Source of the DNA: a virus | Direction: 5' to 3' (one strand) | IMG/VR virus record: IMGVR_UViG_3300031603_000002 | Location: 32,596-96,595 of that record | Length of the DNA: 64,000 nucleotides | Part shown: positions 49,701 to 58,983 of the stretch, piece by piece | Layout of the letters: each line of letters opens with the position of its first letter | Position numbering within the stretch: position 1 is the first letter of the stretch | Translations under genes and position numbers: made by a program | The notes under the pieces: model-generated | Seen by the model: only the letters and a program-made list of their open reading frames with translations | Database searches by the model: none | Told to the model about the DNA's origin: nothing

Positions 49701-50287
49701 AAATTGAAGCCATGGATTCATTGGAAGATATTCACAATGGATCAGTTCTAAACTACAGGCAACTACTGTTTGCGCTCACTGACGACAAGAATTACATCAA
49801 ACTCAAGCGTGGCAACCTGGGAATGACGACGGCAGCAATCAAAAAGGCAAATAAGCTTGGAGAGGTGCCACCATTGTTCCTGGAAACTGAATTGGCCCGG
49901 TTCGCTGACATCAACGATTGGACTCGAGCTGAAAAGGTTGAAATGTCATACGAGTTAACGGCAGCAGCTAACACCGAGTTGCTGTTTCCACCCAAACTCA
50001 TGGCACATCTTGAATCAAAAGGTATCCCAAAGCTGCATGACATTCCACAAGGCCATGAGGGCATCGGCTGGATGTGTATTGAGACGATTCAGCGTAAGAA
50101 AACGAAGAATGGAAAGGCGTTCATGCGTTGCCGTGTGATTGATAATGAATCACGAATTGCATGGTTGCGTGTCTGGGGCAAAGAAAAGACAAAAGTCGAG
50201 CCGTATACATTATGGTTGGCGTATACCAAGCACGACGCTGACTGGGGACACTCCACGGCAGCATACAAAATGAAGCAAATTCTGTAG
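46730..50287 (+). CDS. dnaE: DNA polymerase III alpha subunit (family C)
   Basis: PHP H.HS.FS.DG/TDHG, GRGSGAGSL, PDIDVD, HAGG, KFDFLGL, YRPGP, YGFNKSHA. Confidence 0.97.
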   Translation: MTGILTPPDRFVSIHGHSDFSPYDGLGHPSQHIDFCLSNELDAWTLTDHGNGNGLAHAHAHAKKLKKQGRNYRQIYGVEFYFVPSLKEWATNRAAQKDAKKVGREDTDKEAGLVVEDVAESRVDISGFNVNRRHHLVVIAKNATGLSNLFTLVKRSFMEGFYRFPRIDYEMLKEHGEGLVVSTACVSGRPAGIIFQEFPDTKFMGLNPGLVDDAKLRGKIVGNIENMIDRFTDCVGVDNFFLELQFNELGAQDLTNRCVLDAAKKTGTRLISTADSHFPGPDLWKAREIYRNLLPGRMKVGEEIKLPEREDMKTMLYPKNAKQMWDEYLKCRDKYDWYEGTEDLVRGSIENGHDVAWQMCDEVWFDTSAKLPSFDRPEKSAFDQLRDNVKQALVDEGLSKDKVYVARALSELSDIKFLGFENYFLTLQKVMHLAEQKTLMGAGRGSGAGSLVNYLLGITHVDPIPHGLLWSRFLGRHRVGWPDIDVDAGDRDELIFAARELFGDDSVIPVSNFNTLKLKSLVKDVSKFFGVPFTEVNAVTGPLEKEVERKSRDPNMEKSMFVLKHDDCMKYSKAYKAFMEKYPDVESNIKALFMMNRSVGRHAGGVLICPELEKSMPLIKVRGELQTPWTEGVNIRNLEENGFLKFDFLGLKQMKMVESCIRRILKKETGKAPTFLEIKAFYDDKLNCRYVKPDDTTVFDNVYKQGKWPGIFQFTSSGARKFCKDAQVNNVTELAAVTAIYRPGPLKANVHKDYVKAKGNPAAQVYDHPVIKEVLEETCGFIVFQESFMLLAVKLAGFTEGESDKMRKTLVKKDLTSLGSKTSEKAILEKKFVDGCIEKSGMPRKKAQDLFDKIAYFSLYGFNKSHAIAYAIDSYYGAWLLTHYEKEWLATVLETENGSPKGLSKALAEIKELGHAIAKVDVNYSDFEWTFAEAAGAFVPPMAAVKGIGKVAMREIISQRPFKTLDALFFDEDGNWKLSKANKTALKALCKIEAMDSLEDIHNGSVLNYRQLLFALTDDKNYIKLKRGNLGMTTAAIKKANKLGEVPPLFLETELARFADINDWTRAEKVEMSYELTAAANTELLFPPKLMAHLESKGIPKLHDIPQGHEGIGWMCIETIQRKKTKNGKAFMRCRVIDNESRIAWLRVWGKEKTKVEPYTLWLAYTKHDADWGHSTAAYKMKQIL

Positions 50288-50294
50288 GAATACT

Positions 50295-51296
50295 ATGAAG
50301 CAAATTAAAAAAGCCCTGGTGACGGGCGGGCTGGGATTTATTGGATCACACCTTGTAAGAGAGTTATATGTAAAGGGCTGGACGGTTACCATCGTCGATG
50401 ATTTTTCGGCAGGAACACCATACAACCTCGCTGATAAAGAAGTCGAGTATAGGGTAGTACTGCCATCGATGATACGCCAGTTTCGAGATCAGCTTCCTGA
50501 CTTTAATGACGTGCTAGTTTTGAATGGTGATTTTGCTCACAGGCAGGTTCTCCGGGAGTTAGTGACGGGAGATTACACACATGTGTTTCACCTCGCCGCG
50601 AATCCAAGGGTAGAATATTCTGTTGAGCACCCAGTGGAGACGACTGAAACGAACGTCATGAAGACCGTGAAGCTTCTCGACGCATGCCGCAAAGCAAACT
50701 TGGAGCGGTTTGTCTTTGCATCATCATCATCTGTTTACGGCGATCATGACAGCACATGGTATGATGAACGAGATGCATGTGAACCGGTCAGTCCGTATGG
50801 TCTCCAGAAACTCGTCTGCGAACAGTTCATAAAGCTGTATGCAAACCTGTACGACTTCCCAACGGTAGCACTCAGGTTCTTCAATGTATACGGCCCAGCG
50901 AGAGCTGATGGTACGAAATACATGACAGCCATCACAGCATGGGTTGATGCAATTGCAACTGGGAAGCCATTACGGCTTGATGGGGACGGCACCCAAACAC
51001 GAGATCTGGTATATGTCGACGATGTTGTCGGTACCATGATAGCAGTTGCGATCCGGAAATCACCACCAAGGTTTACGTGTCTCAACGTGGGCACAGGACA
51101 ATCTGTTTCTAGCAATGAAATCTTGAAGATATTGAAAAAGCATTGTCCAGGGATTATAATCAATAAGTCACCTCCTCGTCGCGGAGACGTGAAGCATACA
51201 TGCGCTGGAACCATTCGGCTCCGTAATGTATGGGATGTCAAAACGACAGTTGAGCAAGGGCTCGAGAAGATATTGAAACTAAAAGGACTAATTTGA
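50295..51296 (+). CDS. NAD-dependent nucleotide-sugar epimerase/dehydratase
   Basis: GGLGFIG, HLAA, SSSSVYG, YGLQK, RFFNVYGP. Confidence 0.9.
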   Translation: MKQIKKALVTGGLGFIGSHLVRELYVKGWTVTIVDDFSAGTPYNLADKEVEYRVVLPSMIRQFRDQLPDFNDVLVLNGDFAHRQVLRELVTGDYTHVFHLAANPRVEYSVEHPVETTETNVMKTVKLLDACRKANLERFVFASSSSVYGDHDSTWYDERDACEPVSPYGLQKLVCEQFIKLYANLYDFPTVALRFFNVYGPARADGTKYMTAITAWVDAIATGKPLRLDGDGTQTRDLVYVDDVVGTMIAVAIRKSPPRFTCLNVGTGQSVSSNEILKILKKHCPGIIINKSPPRRGDVKHTCAGTIRLRNVWDVKTTVEQGLEKILKLKGLI

Positions 51297-51850
51297 GCAA
51301 CGTAAGGAACCCGAAATTTGTATTGTATGTAGGCCCCATGTTTGGTGGGAAAACCTCATGGATGCTGGCAGCAATTGACAGGGCGAAATACCAGTCTAGA
51401 ACAGTCGCCGCGTTCAAGCCGAAAATGGATCATCGCTATACAATTGACAAGATTGTGACGCACGGAGGTGCTGAGGTACCGGCTATGTGTGTGAGTACCG
51501 GCGAAGAGATTTTAGGACTCAGCGCAGGTGCAGACGTGATTGCCGTCGATGAGGCCTTCATGATCGATGGTGCTGCAGACGCTCTCATCAAGCTGTTCAA
51601 GTCTGGGAAAGATGTATACGTATCATCGATCCAGTTGTCGTCAACAGGCGAACCATTTGATGAAATACAGAAAATGTTTCCATGGGCAACTGCGGTCGAG
51701 GTATGCCCTGCAGTTTGTCCAATTTCCGGTGCTGATGCGTTCTACACGATCGCGACGGTCGAAGGCTTAGATAAAATCCATGTGGGTGGAGAAGAAGTGT
51801 ACTCACCAAGATGCCACGAACATACATTTTTTATGAATGGCGATGAGTAA
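51293..51850 (+). CDS. tdk: thymidine kinase
   Basis: GPMFGGKTS, VDEAF, VGG.E.Y.PRC. Confidence 0.9.
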   Translation: MSNVRNPKFVLYVGPMFGGKTSWMLAAIDRAKYQSRTVAAFKPKMDHRYTIDKIVTHGGAEVPAMCVSTGEEILGLSAGADVIAVDEAFMIDGAADALIKLFKSGKDVYVSSIQLSSTGEPFDEIQKMFPWATAVEVCPAVCPISGADAFYTIATVEGLDKIHVGGEEVYSPRCHEHTFFMNGDE

Positions 51851-51867
51851 ACAAAAGGGGAATAAGA

Positions 51868-52710
51868 ATGAGTAGAGTTAATCCTAGTGATGTTAACGTG
51901 GTGATTTACCATGCAAAGTGTTCTGATGGTATGGGCGCAGCATATGCAGCCTGGAAGCTATTGGGGAACAGGGCGGAGTACATTCCATGTGCACACGGAA
52001 ACCCACCACCCGATGTCAAAGGTAAGAACGTCGCAATTCTTGATTTTTCGTTCCCAAATGCGGTGACGAAACAGATGATTGAAGATGCGAACTCGCTGAT
52101 TATCATTGACCACCACAAAAGTGCGATGGTTGAGTTGCACGACATTTCTGAAACAATATTCGACATGAATAATTCAGGTGCGTCGATGGCGTGGTTGTGG
52201 TTCCACCCGGACAAAAGTGTCCCGAAATTCATTCAGTATATTACTGACCGTGACCTTTGGAAGTTTGAGCTGCCATATTCTAAGGAATTCAGTCGTGCAT
52301 TCGACATGGTCCCATTTGATTTCGAGGACTATGAAAAATTCGAAGACGACAGCGTATTTGATGATGCAGTTAAGCGTGGAAGCTATATTCTGGCATACAC
52401 AAAAACAGTTGTCAAGACACTGATGGAAAAAGCAGCGAAACGGAAACTGCAGGGTCACGATGTGTTGGTTATCAACTCTCAGCACCTGATGTCAGAGCTA
52501 GGCGCCGCAATGGCGATGAAGGCAGATCTTGCTGTGATTTGGTTCTACGATCATCACAGCAACAAAACGAAAGTCAGCTTACGAGGCCAGCATGCGATCG
52601 TAGATGCATCAGAGATTGCAAGGAAGTTCGGTGGCGGTGGCCACGCAAATGCATCCGGTTTCATAATCGACGGCATGGACATTGAGGGCATTTTTGATGT
52701 CGAAGAATGA
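51868..52710 (+). CDS. DHH/DHHA1 phosphoesterase
   Basis: YH..C.DG, IDHH, SLR, GGGGH..ASG. Confidence 0.9.
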   Translation: MSRVNPSDVNVVIYHAKCSDGMGAAYAAWKLLGNRAEYIPCAHGNPPPDVKGKNVAILDFSFPNAVTKQMIEDANSLIIIDHHKSAMVELHDISETIFDMNNSGASMAWLWFHPDKSVPKFIQYITDRDLWKFELPYSKEFSRAFDMVPFDFEDYEKFEDDSVFDDAVKRGSYILAYTKTVVKTLMEKAAKRKLQGHDVLVINSQHLMSELGAAMAMKADLAVIWFYDHHSNKTKVSLRGQHAIVDASEIARKFGGGGHANASGFIIDGMDIEGIFDVEE

Positions 52711-53113
52711 AAGACCGTCATGGGATTCGATCTGGATGCAATTTGCCAGAACGATTTCCCATAGAAGCATTGACCCTCGCTGGAAGGTGGGTGCTATTGT
52801 TGTGTCAGGGAATAACACTCAACTCTTGGCAGTAGGATATAATGGCGACGAGGCCGGTGGGTCTAACGAGGTTGAATCTGCACTCCCAGGTGAAAGTGGA
52901 TGTATTCATGCCGAAATCAATGCTTTGATAAAAATGGACTACAACAATCCTGTCGACAAACGAATGTACGTGACATTGTCACCATGCGCATCGTGCGCTA
53001 AAGCAATCGTCAACGCCGGTATTGATGAAGTCATTTATGACGTGAAATACCGCGATGAGAGAGGAATCGAACTCCTACAAAATTCTGGCACTTCAGTTCG
53101 TCAATTTGAATAG
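52697..53113 (+). CDS. dCMP deaminase
   Basis: VGA, GYNG, HAEINAL, SPCASC. Confidence 0.9.
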   Translation: MSKNERPSWDSIWMQFARTISHRSIDPRWKVGAIVVSGNNTQLLAVGYNGDEAGGSNEVESALPGESGCIHAEINALIKMDYNNPVDKRMYVTLSPCASCAKAIVNAGIDEVIYDVKYRDERGIELLQNSGTSVRQFE

Positions 53114-53146
53114 CCGCCATATTTAGTATGGCAAAGGGGTATAGCA

Positions 53147-53383
53147 ATGGCAAAGATTTCAAAAACAGAATTACGTAAGTTGATCAAAGAACAATTCACC
53201 GGGGATGGAACAAGTGCCGCTGATGTTGCATTATGGGAAGCCGTTAATGATTATCTGGCACTGAAAGAAGAAGAGCTGGGGTATAATACGATGGGAGGCC
53301 AGCTTGTTGACGAGTGCATGAGAGTTGTTAAAGAAGCCCTTGCTGACGCAGAAGGTGTCGGCTACGGTCCGGGTGGATACTAA
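53147..53383 (+). CDS. leader-bearing putative head-internal protein
   Basis: MAKISKTELRKLIKEQ; ATATTTA at 53119. Confidence 0.7.
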   Translation: MAKISKTELRKLIKEQFTGDGTSAADVALWEAVNDYLALKEEELGYNTMGGQLVDECMRVVKEALADAEGVGYGPGGY

Positions 53384-53388
53384 ACAAG

Positions 53389-54549
53389 ATGAAAAACCGC
53401 ATGAAAATTGTCGCTGACCCAAAACTACAAGTAATTTTGGAAAAATGCCTGGATGCAGATCGGGCTATGGAATTGTGCCTTTTTGAAGGCAGTGTCTCAC
53501 GTCTTATAACTGAAGAGATTGATGCTGCCGATATCCAGGAAGTCCAGGCAGCTCTTGAAAAAGCAAGAAAAGCAGCAGCGGAGATAACGAAGTACATTTC
53601 AGGTTTAGGTGTCCCGCTGACCCAGGTGACTGAATATATTTCTGGCATTGAGCAGGCTTTGAACACAGCGCAAGGTGAACTTGCAAATATTAGTTTTGCA
53701 GGAGGTAACCCAGTCGCGCAGGCTTGGGGAGGAAAAGTTACCCTTCCGCGAATAGTTAAAGCTGTCGCCGTACTGTACACAAAGGCAACAGATTTCACAA
53801 CAGGCTTCACCGGCATGATGACAAACATTCAAACAAACCTGAAACCTATGTTTACATCAGAGAATGATGAAGCCGGATGGCTTCACCTAAAAGGTACATT
53901 GATGACTCACGCTGGCAAGAATGGAGTCCCTACTGGCGAAAAGCTCGAATCGGGAATAAAAAACGCCGTGACTCAAGCTCTCAAGGGTGGCTATTTAACT
54001 CGAATCAGGAATTTTTTTGGGAAAGGCAAAATAGGAAGTGTTGAAAAAAAGATAATGAGTTCTATTCCAAGCATTGACGATTCAATGATCGAACGTATTG
54101 TCGACGACATTATGCGTATACCTCTTTCAAAGCTTACACCGCCACCCGAAGGTGACCCTAACCCAAGCGATGATATCGGTAATTCATCAAAAGAAGCCGA
54201 AGCTGAGCTAGAGCAGGAAACGTCTGAGACCGAAGCCGAAAACACCGAACAAGGCGACCCAGAAGATCAGGCTGGTGAACAGGCCGATGAACAAGCTGAC
54301 GAGTCTCCTGTCGTTTCGAAGCAGGCGTTTATCGATTTGCTGAAAAGGTCGCCACGAATGGGCCAATCCAAGAGGGGCGGAAAGCAGCAGCGACTCAAGT
54401 TCAAACAGGCCGTAAACAAAGCAGCCGGCAAAACAGTCTTCGAGGAAGGGCTTTTGACGGGTCCTCGTCGCATTAAGGCAGACAAAGTCAGTGACAAGGA
54501 TGCCGAGATATTTAGCAGGTGGAAAAACTTGGCAGGGGTGATTGACTAA
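53389..54549 (+). CDS. late hypothetical protein
   Basis: LFE/ITE sites; C-term RWKNLAG. Confidence 0.7.
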   Translation: MKNRMKIVADPKLQVILEKCLDADRAMELCLFEGSVSRLITEEIDAADIQEVQAALEKARKAAAEITKYISGLGVPLTQVTEYISGIEQALNTAQGELANISFAGGNPVAQAWGGKVTLPRIVKAVAVLYTKATDFTTGFTGMMTNIQTNLKPMFTSENDEAGWLHLKGTLMTHAGKNGVPTGEKLESGIKNAVTQALKGGYLTRIRNFFGKGKIGSVEKKIMSSIPSIDDSMIERIVDDIMRIPLSKLTPPPEGDPNPSDDIGNSSKEAEAELEQETSETEAENTEQGDPEDQAGEQADEQADESPVVSKQAFIDLLKRSPRMGQSKRGGKQQRLKFKQAVNKAAGKTVFEEGLLTGPRRIKADKVSDKDAEIFSRWKNLAGVID

Positions 54550-54905
54550 TGCAGAACATAAAAGAAATGGACGTGAAAGATCCCCGCGGGAATGTAGTAA
54601 TCTCAAAAGGCCTTAAAGTGCGACATGTATCGTCGCAATACGAATATACAGTTGACAGTGTAATTCAGGAACCTTCGGGTGATATAACGGTCATGCTGGC
54701 CTCGCCAGAAGCAGCAAGGTTTGACACGAAGAAGAAGTCGAAAGTACTACCACATCAGCAACGTCAGGGCGGAGTGCTTTATGAAACGGAGCCTGTCGAA
54801 GATCTTGGCTCGATGTATTATGAACCCACAGACCAGGCGCAAAAGAAAGATGACTTGCTGGCAGTACCGTCAGATGAGTTTGAAAAGGAGTATGAGGTTA
54901 GATGA
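54549..54905 (+). CDS. late hypothetical protein
   Basis: GLKVRH..S.YEYTV; coupled. Confidence 0.65.
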   Translation: MQNIKEMDVKDPRGNVVISKGLKVRHVSSQYEYTVDSVIQEPSGDITVMLASPEAARFDTKKKSKVLPHQQRQGGVLYETEPVEDLGSMYYEPTDQAQKKDDLLAVPSDEFEKEYEVR

Positions 54906-55591
54906 AAAGCAATATCAAAAATGACGTGCTACGAGCTATCGATGGCGTTCTACCAAAACGAAAACGACTGAATGAAGCATACGTCGTATCTCCTCGTAAG
55001 TTTCAACTCAGTACCGAAAAGCTCAGTGAGAAAGTGAAGGCTGCCAGGATCAGGCACTTCGAAAAGTCAGTGACGACCCTAAACAGGGTGAGCGCTGAAC
55101 TGGACGGAGCTCGAATTGAAGAAGCCGATAACGACATCAGTAACACGTTTCGAAATCTTAAAATCGCGGAGTCATTCGCAATCAATGATTCTTTCCTACA
55201 AGGAAAGTTCATGGACAACATCAGCGATCCAAACAGTGAAATCAACATGGATATGCTATGTTATATGCGCCTCACACGAGACTTCGGAACGTTTGATAAC
55301 TGGCAGAAGCACTTTATCGCGTGTGCTAAGAGTTCACGTGATGGGTACGCCGTAACAGCATACAGTATATACCTCAGGCGATATATCAACTTTGTCGTTG
55401 ACTCTGCAGACATTGGCGTCCCATTCTCAGCAATTCCAGTTATCGTCCTGGACGTATCAGAAGGTTGCTACTACAGAGATTACTTGGACAACATAGAACT
55501 ATACATCACAAATATGATGCGAGAACTCAAGTGGGGAATCATCGACGATCGATTTAAGACGTGCGAGAAGATCGCAAGGATAACAGAATGA
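54902..55591 (+). CDS. Fe/Mn superoxide dismutase-fold protein lacking metal ligands
   Basis: RDFGTFDNWQKHF, PVIVLDVSEGCYYRDY (canonical DxWEHAYY). Confidence 0.7.
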   Translation: MKSNIKNDVLRAIDGVLPKRKRLNEAYVVSPRKFQLSTEKLSEKVKAARIRHFEKSVTTLNRVSAELDGARIEEADNDISNTFRNLKIAESFAINDSFLQGKFMDNISDPNSEINMDMLCYMRLTRDFGTFDNWQKHFIACAKSSRDGYAVTAYSIYLRRYINFVVDSADIGVPFSAIPVIVLDVSEGCYYRDYLDNIELYITNMMRELKWGIIDDRFKTCEKIARITE

Positions 55592-56307
55592 ACAAATTCA
55601 CCTTAAAAAAACTAGTCTACGGTCGACTTTTCGAGCAGGACGAAGAACCCGATGTTGAACCAGAGGGTGGCGACGATGACCTTTTCGGAGATGAAGACGC
55701 TAGTGGCGACGACGGCGAAATTTCCGGTGATGCTGGCGGCGAAGGTGGAGAAGAAGGCGCCGAAGAATTCGGTGATGATGCTGACTTTGGCGGCGGCGGC
55801 GGCGGTGGTGGAGGTATGGGCGGCGGCGGCGGCGGCGGAATGGGTGGAGATGACATGGGCGGAGAACCAGCAGCTGAAGCTGAACCAGAGGTCGAGGTTT
55901 CTGCCGCAGAGGAATACAGTATGAGCGACTCAATTGATCAAGAGCTTGACGCTCTCATGATTGATTTTGAGGAAGAGGCCAGAAAATCATCAGTCGTAAA
56001 TTCACCTGTCACCGAGTCTCGTATGCTTTATGAGGGAGAAGGAAGTGACATTGACCTTCAAAGCTTTGCAGCTAATGTTGCAAGGTTCGTAAAAAATTAC
56101 CAGAACTTGATTGATTGGGAGTCAGTAATCCTAAACAAGGCGAGGTCATTTGTCAATAATCACTATGGCGAAGAAACATCAAAGGCACTCTTCGATATTT
56201 TGGAACAGGAATATGACATTGAAACAGGAAGCATCGGCGGAACCGAAAAAGAAGAAGCACCAGAAGCCCCAATTGCGGTCGGTGGCTCAGCGGCAGGCGG
56301 ACTCTAA
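55588..56307 (+). CDS. acidic Gly-rich late protein
   Basis: MNKFTLKKLVYGRLFEQ; poly-Gly/acidic linker. Confidence 0.7.
   Translation: MNKFTLKKLVYGRLFEQDEEPDVEPEGGDDDLFGDEDASGDDGEISGDAGGEGGEEGAEEFGDDADFGGGGGGGGGMGGGGGGGMGGDDMGGEPAAEAEPEVEVSAAEEYSMSDSIDQELDALMIDFEEEARKSSVVNSPVTESRMLYEGEGSDIDLQSFAANVARFVKNYQNLIDWESVILNKARSFVNNHYGEETSKALFDILEQEYDIETGSIGGTEKEEAPEAPIAVGGSAAGGL
55789..55863 (+). repeat. GGN trinucleotide run encoding poly-Gly
   Basis: two (GGC)n tracts separated by ATG. Confidence 0.85.
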
Positions 56308-56317
56308 AGTTAGGGCA

Positions 56318-56593
56318 ATGCTCAACGCGGGCAGGAAGAAATCTGTTCATGTTTCAATGTTTGGTAAAACACACATGGGCTTGAAAAAGGAACTGGTGAC
56401 GCGTGGTCTATCAATTCAGGAGACGCTAGAGTACGTTGCATCATTGATCGTTGAAGGCCATCCTCATGCAATTAAAATGCTCGATGAGCTCCAAGCTTCA
56501 AAACACAACAAAGAGGTTGGCAAGCTTGAAGAAAAATACGCTGAGAACCTTTACGATGTAATCGGTAATGAAGGTCTCTTCAAGGAAAACTAA
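56318..56593 (+). CDS. RHH-like small DNA-binding protein
   Basis: KKSVHVSM..KTH..LK..L...GLSIQE. Confidence 0.55.
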   Translation: MLNAGRKKSVHVSMFGKTHMGLKKELVTRGLSIQETLEYVASLIVEGHPHAIKMLDELQASKHNKEVGKLEEKYAENLYDVIGNEGLFKEN

Positions 56594-56594
56594 C

Positions 56595-56978
56595 ATGTGG
56601 ACAAAAACAAAAAACTTTGTGTCGAAATATTGGCAGGTACTCATCGGTGTCGCGTTAGCAATCGGTTTGTCGATTCGATTTGCTTTGATATCCCATGAGC
56701 AGCGACAGGTTCTAACGAATGAAATAGAGACCAACATTCGTATTGATGAAATCAAAAGGCAATATGACGTTAGCATTGCTCGCCATGAAAAGGCCATTGA
56801 AAAAACCCGTAGCGAAGCGCTCGTAAAAATCGAAACTGCAAAGATTAAAGACTTGAAGGCTGCGAAAGATAAGGCCATCGAACGAGAGCAGGAAAATGGA
56901 AAGCTTACAGGTGAGGAGCTGACCAAGCGCTTTGCCAATACATTCGGTGCGGAGGTTGTTGATGCAGAAGATGAGTAA
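56595..56978 (+). CDS. membrane-anchored coiled-coil protein (inner-spanin-like)
   Basis: N-terminal TM helix followed by charged coiled coil. Confidence 0.55.
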   Translation: MWTKTKNFVSKYWQVLIGVALAIGLSIRFALISHEQRQVLTNEIETNIRIDEIKRQYDVSIARHEKAIEKTRSEALVKIETAKIKDLKAAKDKAIEREQENGKLTGEELTKRFANTFGAEVVDAEDE

Positions 56979-57423
56979 ACGTATCACCGCATTCCTTCTG
57001 GTTTTTTTCATGGCCATGGGATCGGCGCTTGCCAACCCTGGAGACAAAGTTTCAAACCTGCAAAAAGGCCAGCGCGCACCGTTTGCTGGAACGCTGATGA
57101 ATAAGCAGTTGGCTAGCAGGATTGAAGCAGAAAGGAAGACACATCTCCCGAAGAAGTTATGTGAAGCAAGCACAAAAGCATCAGTTGCAATGTGCGAAGC
57201 TGAAGCAACACGCAAACTTGCACTAGCGGATGCCAAGTACACCGCCACTGAAGAAAAGCATAAAGCGATCCTGGGTACCAAGCAAGAGCAAATTGACTTC
57301 TTGAGAAAAAACTATCTTCCGAGGGCTTGGTATGAGTCAACACCTGTGCTAATTGGTATCGGTGTCCTCGGTGGTTTTGGTTTGGCGTTGGGTGCAGCAA
57401 AACTTGTCAGTCTATCAAAATAG
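56971..57423 (+). CDS. exported protein with C-terminal TM helix
   Basis: signal peptide ending ALA; LQKGQRAPFAGTL; C-terminal hydrophobic Gly-rich helix. Confidence 0.6.
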   Translation: MSKRITAFLLVFFMAMGSALANPGDKVSNLQKGQRAPFAGTLMNKQLASRIEAERKTHLPKKLCEASTKASVAMCEAEATRKLALADAKYTATEEKHKAILGTKQEQIDFLRKNYLPRAWYESTPVLIGIGVLGGFGLALGAAKLVSLSK

Positions 57424-57438
57424 TGCCTATTTATGAAT

Positions 57439-58620
57439 ATGAGAAAACTCCGAATAACTAAAAGAAAGCGATCAAGCAAGAAAGCGTTGAATGAACTTAC
57501 CATGGACTATGGTATGTTTGATCAGCCCGGACCTGTTGAGGACGACGAAGAAAAGTTTGGCTTGGAAGATGTGGTAACCCCGGTTGTGGCATCTGAACAG
57601 GTCGCCACCCAACTTTCTGTTGACCGTCCACCTGTCGACGATCCGGATTATGTGCCAACAACAATTAAAAGTTTATCGCTTGCTGTTGCGGAGCTGGCAA
57701 AAACGATACCTGAAGAACAAATCCATGCATTTTATAAGCAGTACCAAGGCATGGTTGAAAAAATTGAAATGGAAGCTGAGCAAGAAATCGCAGGGGGACC
57801 GATGAGCGAATCAAAAACACTAAACATGCTAATCAAAGAGGCAATGGAAGATGAGGATATCGATTATCTTCGAAAGCAATTTGAAGAGGAATTCGGCACC
57901 AGTTCTGAAGACACGTTAGATGCGTTGATGGATGACAGCGGATCAGCACCTGAACCTGAGCCTCCACAAGACGAAACATCACTAAAGGATATTGCAAACG
58001 AGACAGGTTTTGCGGGCCCGAGTGGTGTGAAAAACTTTTTGTACAAGCTCCTCGGGCGTGTCAAGCAGTTTTCTAATATCCCTGACGATGAGTTCGACGC
58101 ACTAATTGAGTTTGGTGTCGGTGAGTACCTTGATTTGCTTGAACAATCAGGTGCTGTCAGTGGAGAAGATGCTAAGTACATGGCTCAGAACAAATCTGAG
58201 GTTGCAAACCTGCCATCATACAAATACTTTTTGTTCCATGCGATGGTACTGCCTGCTGCAAAAGCTGTTGAGAAGCAAGGCAAAAATTCGCTGAACCAGG
58301 CACTCGGTAAACTGAACCTGCCACCAAGAGTTAAGGCGTCGATGATTAATCAGCTCGTTGGAGAGGTTCCAAGAAATCATCAAATTATCACTGACCAACT
58401 CCAGGCTGCAGTTAAAGCTGGACAAATCAAGCAAAGCAGGGCTGACGATCTGGCCGATGAACTCGCGAACAAGTTCCGTGCGCTCCAGACACTTGCTGTA
58501 ACAGGTGACGACTTCGCCGAAATGGCGTTGCAACGATATGCGAAGCTGAACAAGAAGAAGCTAATGAGCATTCTGAAGAAAGCATCAAACGACGCAAACG
58601 TACAATCAGCAGCGGTGTAA
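57439..58620 (+). CDS. late hypothetical protein
   Basis: CTATTTA 5 nt upstream; LNE and LIKE sites. Confidence 0.7.
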   Translation: MRKLRITKRKRSSKKALNELTMDYGMFDQPGPVEDDEEKFGLEDVVTPVVASEQVATQLSVDRPPVDDPDYVPTTIKSLSLAVAELAKTIPEEQIHAFYKQYQGMVEKIEMEAEQEIAGGPMSESKTLNMLIKEAMEDEDIDYLRKQFEEEFGTSSEDTLDALMDDSGSAPEPEPPQDETSLKDIANETGFAGPSGVKNFLYKLLGRVKQFSNIPDDEFDALIEFGVGEYLDLLEQSGAVSGEDAKYMAQNKSEVANLPSYKYFLFHAMVLPAAKAVEKQGKNSLNQALGKLNLPPRVKASMINQLVGEVPRNHQIITDQLQAAVKAGQIKQSRADDLADELANKFRALQTLAVTGDDFAEMALQRYAKLNKKKLMSILKKASNDANVQSAAV

Positions 58621-58626
58621 TGAAAT

Positions 58627-58983
58627 ATGGAAGTCGCAACCCTAATGCAGGAATATTTCAAAGCCAATGGTCGAAGGCTCTTCGAAGCGCCGGGTAGGGA
58701 CGTTCCCATTACCGTTACAAAGGAAGTATGGACGAGAACAGAAAACCCAGAAGCGATCAGGCGACTATTCGAGTTTGAAACGACACAGGCCTTGATTGAT
58801 TTTTTGGAAGACGTCCTACAAATGCAGGAGGAGCTCGGTCATCATGGCAAGCTCCTGGTTGAGAAAAAGAAGGTTTTGGCACACGCAACAACGGAAGTTC
58901 TTCAACAGGTTACCGAGCTCGATATTGAGTGGGCAGCCAAGGTAGACGAGATTTATGACGACATCGCAGCATTCGACAGATAG
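58627..58983 (+). CDS. pterin-4a-carbinolamine dehydratase-fold protein
   Basis: IRRLFEF...GHHG...VTELDIEWA..VDEIY. Confidence 0.7.
   Translation: MEVATLMQEYFKANGRRLFEAPGRDVPITVTKEVWTRTENPEAIRRLFEFETTQALIDFLEDVLQMQEELGHHGKLLVEKKKVLAHATTEVLQQVTELDIEWAAKVDEIYDDIAAFDR

Noticed and set aside
55789-55863. GGC run as a contingency locus or array
   Set aside because: In-frame poly-Gly linker; length changes would not shift the frame, and there are no spacers.
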